Source: a virus (taxonomy: Duplodnaviria; Caudoviricetes). Taken from it: DNA of 29,949 nucleotides. Position 1 is the stretch's first letter; the number at the start of each line of letters is the position of its first letter. The notes under the pieces are model-generated. The model saw nothing but the letters and a program-made list of their open reading frames with translations, was not told where the DNA came from and did no database searches. The stretch lies in the IMG/VR virus record IMGVR_UViG_3300037518_000360, positions 1 to 29,949 of that record; one strand, given 5' to 3'. The position numbers and the translations under genes were made by a program. Below are positions 17,463-22,889 of this stretch, one piece after another.

Positions 17463-18443
17463 ATGATCGACATCGGCAAGGCACGGCGATACAACGAGGG
17501 ACGCATCGACCGCTCGGTGCGCGAGGCGCTGGGCGAGGCGATCGGCCGCCGTCGGGCGGACGTCCTGCTCGTCGCAGGATTCCAGCGGATGCACAACGAC
17601 ATCGTGAGCTCGCTTGGGCTCGACAGCGGCGTCGACATCGGCCTGCTCGACGTCGACGGGATGTTCGGCCCGGCGACCCTCGCCGCGCTCTTTGCCGTCC
17701 CTGTCGGGGACATCGAGGGTCCCACGCCCGACCCTGACGATCCGATGCCGGCCCCACCAGAGCCGGAGCCGGAGCCGTTGGCGCGTGCCGAGCAGTTCTC
17801 CGGCCGCCCCGAGGTCCTGCCCCAGATGATCGACCGCCGGCGCCACGCGACCCCGACCTATGAGGGCCGGCGCTACACGCCAGACGTCCGGCCGATCGGC
17901 GACGTTTGGGGCTGGTGCCTGCACCAGACGGCGGTCCTGTACGGCGATGAGCCGCCCAGCCGCAACGACACGACCGGCGCGCACTTCGTGATCCGCCGCG
18001 ATCCGCACGCCACAATCCTGTGGCTCCACGATCTCGACCTGGAGCTCTGGGCGGCGAACCGGTTCAACTCGCGGACGATCTCGATCGAGGTCGAGGCCCG
18101 GGCGTGCGGAGTCGAGGGCGACCCGCGCACGCTCTGGCAGCCGCACCTTGGCGTGGCCGAGGCGACCGACGCGCAGCTCAGGCAGCTCGAGCGCCTCGTG
18201 CACTGGGGGGATGGCCTGATCCGCGATCTCGGCGGCGAGCCCCGGGTGCTCGTCGCGCACCGGCAGAGCTCGCGCACGCGGCGCAACGATCCGGGCTCGC
18301 GGATCTGGTCGGTCGCCATGCGGCTGCAGGCCGCGCTCGGCCTGCACGACGGCGGCGAGCCAGGGCGAGGTCCTGCATCGGTCGGGACCGGCCGGCCGAT
18401 CCCCACGTCGTGGAACCCGACCCGCGGCGGGATTCCGTACTAG
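17463..18443 (+). CDS. Endolysin: N-acetylmuramoyl-L-alanine amidase (Amidase_2) with N-terminal peptidoglycan-binding motif, 326 aa
   Basis: SD AGGAGG. VDGMFGPATLAAL (PG_binding_1-type), a PE/PD linker, then LHQT, AHFVI, N..TISIEV and AHRQ...NDPG zinc-amidase motifs. Confidence 0.88.
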   Translation: MIDIGKARRYNEGRIDRSVREALGEAIGRRRADVLLVAGFQRMHNDIVSSLGLDSGVDIGLLDVDGMFGPATLAALFAVPVGDIEGPTPDPDDPMPAPPEPEPEPLARAEQFSGRPEVLPQMIDRRRHATPTYEGRRYTPDVRPIGDVWGWCLHQTAVLYGDEPPSRNDTTGAHFVIRRDPHATILWLHDLDLELWAANRFNSRTISIEVEARACGVEGDPRTLWQPHLGVAEATDAQLRQLERLVHWGDGLIRDLGGEPRVLVAHRQSSRTRRNDPGSRIWSVAMRLQAALGLHDGGEPGRGPASVGTGRPIPTSWNPTRGGIPY

Positions 18444-18585
18444 CGGCTCGTGCGCCGGCTCGTGCGCCGGGGTCGCGACGACGCGAAGTCCCGCACGCTA
18501 ATCGAGACCACGACGACGAGCGGGCCCTCACGCACGACCCGGGCCGTCACGTCGACGCCGTACGATCGGCGGCGCACGCAGGCCT

Positions 18586-18718
18586 TGCCTCCCCACCTTG
18601 CTCCCCACTTTGCCGGTGACGCCAGAGCACGGACGAGCGCGCCTCCGGGCGTGTGTTTTGTGTGGTCTCGGTCGGTTCGGCTAGCCTGGGCACGGTGCTG
18701 GACGTCTGCAAAACCTCC
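18586..18718 (+). other. Possible attP remnant (arm-type repeats + tRNA-Cys-like core)
   Basis: CTCCCCAC direct repeat at 18589 and 18601. GTCTGCAAAACCTCC at 18704-18718 resembles a tRNA-Cys(GCA) anticodon loop plus its 3' stem. Confidence 0.35.
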
Positions 18719-19566
18719 TACAGGAAACAAGCCCCGCTGGCGCAGTAACTCTCCATCCCGGGGAGCATTGGCTGGGGGTCTCCGCCCTTGATCAGATCCG
18801 ACACCGGGATAAGTCGATCCGAGAGATATGCGGGCCCGTCCGTGAGGCCGACGCAGTCCAGGTCCCGGATCGCCTCGTCAACCGCAACCGCAACCTCCAG
18901 ATCGCGCGGCGGCGTGGCTCGCCAACGGGCCGGGGACTTGAAAGGACAAAACACGCACATCGAAAACCCCGGGGCGGAGCCCGTCCACTCGATGAGCTGC
19001 GCTCGTTGTCGCGCCCGCGTAAACCCGAGGCGAACCAAAGGGAACTCCATGGATTCCCATTGGACGTCCTGGCGCTGTGCCGCAGCCTGGGCTCGATGGC
19101 CCTCATCGGACGCAAATCCAATCCACTTCGTTACCCTCTTGGGGTACCCGTTCGAGCGCAGCCACTTGGACACAGCGCGCCGCATAGGTGCGATCTTGAA
19201 CTCTCGCGTGCAACGATGCTGGGCACGGCCGCGCCCACCGCCTGCCTTGGCAATCCAGAACGGCGGGTGATCTGCTCGGTGGCGTTCACCGATCGTGAGC
19301 AGGTGCTCGGTGAGAGATTCGTCGCGAGAGCACCGGAGAAACTCCACGCCCCCGGCGCGGCACCTGGCTTCGACGCGATCGACGGCCTCATAGGTCCACT
19401 GATGTTCGGCCCCGGTGTCGGCGAAGATAACGGCGAGGGCCTCCGGGCGAGGGATAACGCCGCGCAGCACTGCTTCGACCAGCCACTCGGAGGATCCGCC
19501 GCCTGAGTAGCTGATGACAACGGGATTCCTTGGCGTTTCCTGGCCGAGAATACGTAGTTGGCTCAT
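18718..19566 (-). CDS. PP-loop / phosphoadenosine-phosphosulfate reductase (adenine nucleotide alpha-hydrolase) family protein
   Basis: 282 aa. ISYSGG.SS PP-loop, IFADTG.E, RCT.EFKI.P, WIGF..DE..R, FPL, S.CVFCPF and a terminal C..G.CF. SD GAGAGG. Confidence 0.8.
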   Translation of the reverse strand: MSQLRILGQETPRNPVVISYSGGGSSEWLVEAVLRGVIPRPEALAVIFADTGAEHQWTYEAVDRVEARCRAGGVEFLRCSRDESLTEHLLTIGERHRADHPPFWIAKAGGGRGRAQHRCTREFKIAPMRRAVSKWLRSNGYPKRVTKWIGFASDEGHRAQAAAQRQDVQWESMEFPLVRLGFTRARQRAQLIEWTGSAPGFSMCVFCPFKSPARWRATPPRDLEVAVAVDEAIRDLDCVGLTDGPAYLSDRLIPVSDLIKGGDPQPMLPGMESYCASGACFL

Positions 19567-19567
19567 G

Positions 19568-19783
19568 TCATATCCTCTCTAACTGCCCCGGTCGAATAAC
19601 CTCCCAGCGTTGAAAAAAAAAGGGGGGGGTGAACAGCCATGTCATCGCACGTACCCGGGGGAGCCGGTCGGGGACGCCACTGGACTGTCGGTACACGGTT
19701 CGTCGACGACCGCCCAGCTCACGTCCCACGCGAAACAGTCGTACCTGAGCGACAAGCGTTTGATCAGCCGCGCACCTTCGCAC
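19568..19783 (-). pseudogene. 71-aa ORF; possible truncated integrase N-terminal (arm-binding) stub
   Basis: Strong SD AGGAGG 7 nt before GTG. GRRRTVYRQSSGVPDR resembles the G.R.R.STG..D arm-binding segments of tyrosine integrases. The sequence degenerates at a C8T9 tract. Confidence 0.3.
19613..19629. repeat. Adjacent homopolymers A9G8 (C8T9 on the coding strand)
   Basis: Direct read: A at 19613-19621 and G at 19622-19629. Confidence 0.95.
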
Positions 19784-19899
19784 TGGTGGTCCTCCTGAGA
19801 GTCCCCAGCGCCGCGCAGTCGGTGAGCGGGGAGCATACCGCGGGCCTAGAGCTCGTCGGCCACGGCGACGGCCAGGCGCTGGATGTCGCGGTCCGTCAT
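19642..19899 (-). pseudogene. Small gene interrupted by an in-frame TAG (xis-position gene)
   Basis: ATGA-coupled start at 19899. MTDRDIQRLAVAVADEL*ARGMLPAHRL... with TAG at 19848-19846, and the frame continues into listed ORF 19642..19836. Confidence 0.45.
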
Positions 19900-20012
19900 T
19901 CGCCCCCGACCAGCGACGCGCCGAACCGGTGCAGCCATACCGCCCACGCCCGCAGCAGGTCGCACAGATCGGCCAGCGGGCCGTCGATGAAGCTGAGGAA
20001 CTGGCCGATCAC
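19896..20012 (-). CDS. Small hypothetical protein (38 aa)
   Basis: GTGA overlap upstream and ATGA overlap downstream. MIGQFLSFIDGPLADLCDLLRAWAVWLHRFGASLVGGE. Confidence 0.5.
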   Translation of the reverse strand: MIGQFLSFIDGPLADLCDLLRAWAVWLHRFGASLVGGE

Positions 20013-20476
20013 GCGATACGCCAAACCCTGACGCCCTCGTGAGTCGTACGCAGCGCGACGCGGATCCCCCAATCGTGGGCGGCCGCATAGACGCGGGACC
20101 TGATGGCCGTGATCGATACTGCGATGTCCGCCGAGGGGATCAAAAAGGAGTCCCGCGGTCGCAGGTCGCCCATCGGGAGGTAGGGATACCGCGGCGGGTC
20201 GTGTCGAGCCTCGCACCGCTGCTCCGGCATCGGGACGCCGCGCTCGACCGGGTAGGGCTCGCGCTCGACATCCTGACTGGGGCGCCGGCCGCGCTGCGCG
20301 CATTTGGCACAGCCGGTCCGAGTGGAGGATCCGAGCAGGTAGTCCCGGCGGTGCAGGCGCTCTCGCCCGCACGTGCACCGTACCATGTAGCGGCTCCGCC
20401 CCAAGTGATCAGGCGTCGCCGCCCGCACGACGACGAACGGCCCGAACTGCTGGCCGGGCTGGAGATCATCTGGCAT
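20009..20476 (-). CDS. Putative two-domain DNA-binding protein (Zn-ribbon + small basic domain), 155 aa
   Basis: TGATG-coupled start. GQQFGPFVV...RCTCG...GCAKC resembles the N-terminal module of phage HNH/AP2 proteins, fused to a VERGVPMP..RYPY..M....DSF...GVRVWRI domain. Confidence 0.65.
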   Translation of the reverse strand: MPDDLQPGQQFGPFVVVRAATPDHLGRSRYMVRCTCGRERLHRRDYLLGSSTRTGCAKCAQRGRRPSQDVEREPYPVERGVPMPEQRCEARHDPPRYPYLPMGDLRPRDSFLIPSADIAVSITAIRSRVYAAAHDWGIRVALRTTHEGVRVWRIA

Positions 20477-20751
20477 CAGATCACCGCCGAGAGCTGCACC
20501 ATCAGCTCCATAGCCTGTCGCCTCGTGAGGCCGATCTCGATGACGCCGGGGAAGGCGACAACGACGCCCCCCTCGTCCGTTCCCCGCTCCAGGACCCGAG
20601 GTATGCCCAGCTGTTCGTCCTCGCCGTCCTCTGTCACGTTGACCACAGACGACGGCCATTCGTTGGCGGCGGCCAGCTCGTCCAAGCGCTGCTCTATGTC
20701 GTGCAGGTGGACCCGGGTGCGGTCGAGGATCTGGCGCTGTCGCCGACTCAT
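20476..20751 (-). CDS. Hypothetical protein (91 aa)
   Basis: ATGA and TGATG coupling within the leftward operon. Confidence 0.65.
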   Translation of the reverse strand: MSRRQRQILDRTRVHLHDIEQRLDELAAANEWPSSVVNVTEDGEDEQLGIPRVLERGTDEGGVVVAFPGVIEIGLTRRQAMELMVQLSAVI

Positions 20752-21092
20752 CGTGCGAGCTCGCGCAGCTCGGCCAGCCTCTTCTCCATCCGCTTGACCG
20801 CCTTGGCGACATCCTCACCATTCAGCTCGGCGTCGACGCGATCCGCGGAACGGAAGATAGCCGTGTCGCACAGGTGCAGGCGACCCGCGACGAACCCGGC
20901 GCCATCATCCGGCGGGAAGTATTTCGTCGGACCGGAGCCAGCGACGGCCAGTAGCTCGTCGAACACCTTCCTGGGCAGGCGGTGGAACGACACGATGGGC
21001 TGGACCGTGAGCCCGGCGAACTGTCTCTCGGTCTCCTGGAGCCACGCGAGGATCGCCTCGGTCTCGGGCGACACCTTGCCCTCGAGGCTCAC
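20748..21092 (-). CDS. Hypothetical protein (114 aa)
   Basis: GTG at 21092 overlaps the upstream TGA. MSLEGKVSPETEAILAWL... Confidence 0.7.
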   Translation of the reverse strand: MSLEGKVSPETEAILAWLQETERQFAGLTVQPIVSFHRLPRKVFDELLAVAGSGPTKYFPPDDGAGFVAGRLHLCDTAIFRSADRVDAELNGEDVAKAVKRMEKRLAELRELAR

Positions 21093-21346
21093 AACTGCCC
21101 CCCGCACTCGTAGGCCGCGTCCCGGTCGTAGGCGATCTGGCGCCGGGTCTCGCGGTGGGCCTCGAGGCTGAGCTCGAGCTCGGCCGGGGTCGCGACGGTC
21201 TCCCAGTACGCCTCGGTGTGCACCGGGCTCGGGCACCGCTCGGCACAGCGGGCGGCGCGGGCGACGGTCACCGGGGTCCGGCGCGTGAACAGGGGCTCGT
21301 GGCAGTCAGGGCAACGGGTGCGTTCGAGGGTGGATTGGCTTGACAT
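21089..21346 (-). CDS. Cys-rich hypothetical protein, first gene of leftward early operon (85 aa)
   Basis: CPDC...C..RC...H. Lies directly downstream of the operator-overlapped promoter. Confidence 0.7.
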   Translation of the reverse strand: MSSQSTLERTRCPDCHEPLFTRRTPVTVARAARCAERCPSPVHTEAYWETVATPAELELSLEAHRETRRQIAYDRDAAYECGGQL

Positions 21347-21348
21347 GC

Positions 21349-21405
21349 TTTAGCTGTACTCAAAGACGCCAACCCCGTCAAGAGTTGTATTTGAGTTTCG
21401 CTAAA
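21349..21405 (-). promoter_or_regulatory. PL-like promoter with two operators
   Basis: TTGACG (21381-76), 17 bp, TACAGC (21358-53). Operators TTTGAGTACAGCTAAA (minus strand, 21364-21349) and TTTGAGTTTCGCTAAA (plus strand, 21390-21405). Confidence 0.7.
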
Positions 21406-22043
21406 ATTTCGTCCACACTCCGAGATTCTGCGTCCTTGCCCGCTTGCTCGGCAATCTCGACCAGCTCGGCGAACAGGTCTGGACGCAGAACCTGCAACCG
21501 CTCACCGGCTCGCCGCCACCGTTCCGGGTCCTTCTCTCGAGAGGGGGGCACCGCGACCTTGGTATCACCGCCACCTGACATGCCCCAATGCTTGATGCGG
21601 CCTGTGCCAGATCCGGTCGCACGGGAGTGGGTGCGATCCTGAGGGCTTCTGGGACACCTGCACAGCAAGCGCCGCTTATGGTCGTTCTTCGCCAGATCCG
21701 CGGCGAGTTCCTCAGCAAGCTCGACCAGGCGCGTCCAGTTCTTGTCGTCGAGGGCGCGTCCGGCGGCGATCCATCTCTTGTCCATGTCGCTGGTGACCGC
21801 CGTGTTCGGCAACGGGATCCCCATCTGCTTGGAGACAGCTGCGACCAGCCGGCTCTGTCGAGCGCCAGGCTTCAGCATCCCGGTAATCGCCCCGGCCGTG
21901 CATCCTATGGCGTCGGCCAGCGCCTTCTTGGAGCCACGTCCTCGCTCGGCAAGGGCCGCGGAAAGCTCAGCCTGCCACTCTGGTGTGATGTCCAGGTAAG
22001 GGCCCTCCGGCCTTCGCTGTGCGTCTCTGCGACCACGAGACAT
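21378..22043 (-). CDS. CI-like XRE-HTH repressor with duplicated C-terminal helical module (possibly two genes read as one)
   Basis: KKALADAIGCTAGAITGMLK HTH, divergent from the Cro-like gene. No S24 peptidase domain. Start is ATG at 22043 or TTG at 22085, with an internal ATG at 21581. Confidence 0.75.
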   Translation of the reverse strand: MSRGRRDAQRRPEGPYLDITPEWQAELSAALAERGRGSKKALADAIGCTAGAITGMLKPGARQSRLVAAVSKQMGIPLPNTAVTSDMDKRWIAAGRALDDKNWTRLVELAEELAADLAKNDHKRRLLCRCPRSPQDRTHSRATGSGTGRIKHWGMSGGGDTKVAVPPSREKDPERWRRAGERLQVLRPDLFAELVEIAEQAGKDAESRSVDEILAKLKYNS

Positions 22044-22085
22044 TTGCCTCGGAGTTACAACGGCTTGTGCGAAAGCGGGGCTCAA

Positions 22086-22128
22086 TTTGAGTTCAACTGT
22101 TGACTCTGTCTTTGAGTCGGACTAAAAG
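22086..22128 (+). promoter_or_regulatory. PR-like promoter with operators
   Basis: TTGACT (22100-05), 17 bp, TAAAAG (22123-28). Operator TTTGAGTCGGACTAAA (22111-26) and degenerate TTTGAGTTCAACTGTT (22086-22101). Confidence 0.7.
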
Positions 22129-22136
22129 GGTAGCCG

Positions 22137-22370
22137 ATGCCGTCGAGCGATGTCCAGCACCGAGTTGCTCACTTTATTGAGCGCTCTGGAAAGAAGAAGA
22201 GTGAAATCGCTCGACTGTGCGACGTAACGCCTGGAGCCGTGACGCAATGGATCAACGGCTCATGCGGGCTGTCGAACGCGAACCTCGCCCTGTTTTGTGA
22301 GGCGGTCGGCATCACGCGCGCTGAATTTTGGGGGCTCGAACGGGGGGATGGCGGTGGCGCGGCGGCGTGA
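22137..22370 (+). CDS. Cro-like XRE-family HTH protein
   Basis: 77 aa. KSEIARLCDVTPGAVTQWING HTH. First gene of the rightward operon. Confidence 0.88.
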   Translation: MPSSDVQHRVAHFIERSGKKKSEIARLCDVTPGAVTQWINGSCGLSNANLALFCEAVGITRAEFWGLERGDGGGAAA

Positions 22371-22371
22371 G

Positions 22372-22716
22372 CTACCGGGTACGCAGGTAGTCGACCTGCG
22401 CCTGCCGGCATGCGCGGACCTTCCTCATGCCCGAGGTCGCAGATATCGCGAACACGATGGACGTCGGAATCAGAACGACAGCCACACCTGCCCCTTCAGA
22501 TTGGGCATTCTCGTCGTCGCTGCTAAGCGCCGTACCTACCCCTCCGAGGCCGAGCAGACCGCTAAAGCTGGCCAGCACGACGTCCACGATCGGTGCCTTC
22601 ATCTCGTCCGTGCACGGAGGGGGATCGCCTCGGATGTGATCGGGAGGAAGCCCCCGTACCTCGGCCCAGGAACAGCCAACCGTCAAGAGCGCGATCACCA
22701 CCAATCCTCCACGCAT
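22372..22716 (-). CDS. Predicted membrane lipoprotein (moron; superinfection-exclusion candidate)
   Basis: 114 aa. MRGGLVVIALLTVGC lipobox, two further hydrophobic segments and a Cys pair (CT...CR). Antisense to its neighbours. Confidence 0.7.
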   Translation of the reverse strand: MRGGLVVIALLTVGCSWAEVRGLPPDHIRGDPPPCTDEMKAPIVDVVLASFSGLLGLGGVGTALSSDDENAQSEGAGVAVVLIPTSIVFAISATSGMRKVRACRQAQVDYLRTR

Positions 22717-22730
22717 GCCCCGAATCCTAC

Positions 22731-22791
22731 CGCGCGCCGCCGCTCCTCACACCCCCCCGGCGGGTTGAGCGGCGGTCGCGCGACCCTTTTT
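22731..22791 (+). terminator. Long GC hairpin + U tract (tR1-like)
   Basis: CGCGCG-CCGCCGCTC (22731-45) pairs with GAGCGGCGG-T-CGCGCG (22767-82), followed by ACCCTTTTT. Confidence 0.55.
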
Positions 22792-22864
22792 GGCGCGCAG
22801 GTGCCCGAGGCGGCGACGTCCGGGCAGGTACCCTCCTACCCACCTGAACTCCCGCCTGCGCGCC
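22792..22864 (+). ncRNA. Candidate structured RNA (multi-stem, C-rich loop)
   Basis: Closing stem GGCGCGCAGG/CCTGCGCGCC with inner stems TGCCCG/CGGGCA and CAGGT/ACCTG around the loop ACCCTCCTACCC. Confidence 0.45.
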
Positions 22865-22889
22865 GCTCTTATCTACGGAGCGCAGCCTG

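Noticed and set aside
18440-18577. Small minus-strand ORF ending RRTSRRTSR, with a 12-bp tandem repeat CGGCTCGTGCGC at 18444-18467
   Set aside because: No convincing SD or motif. It may be real but cannot be supported; the repeat has only two copies.
18700-18720. Complete tRNA-Cys gene
   Set aside because: Only the anticodon loop and 3' stem match; there is no acceptor stem, D-arm or contiguous T-arm.
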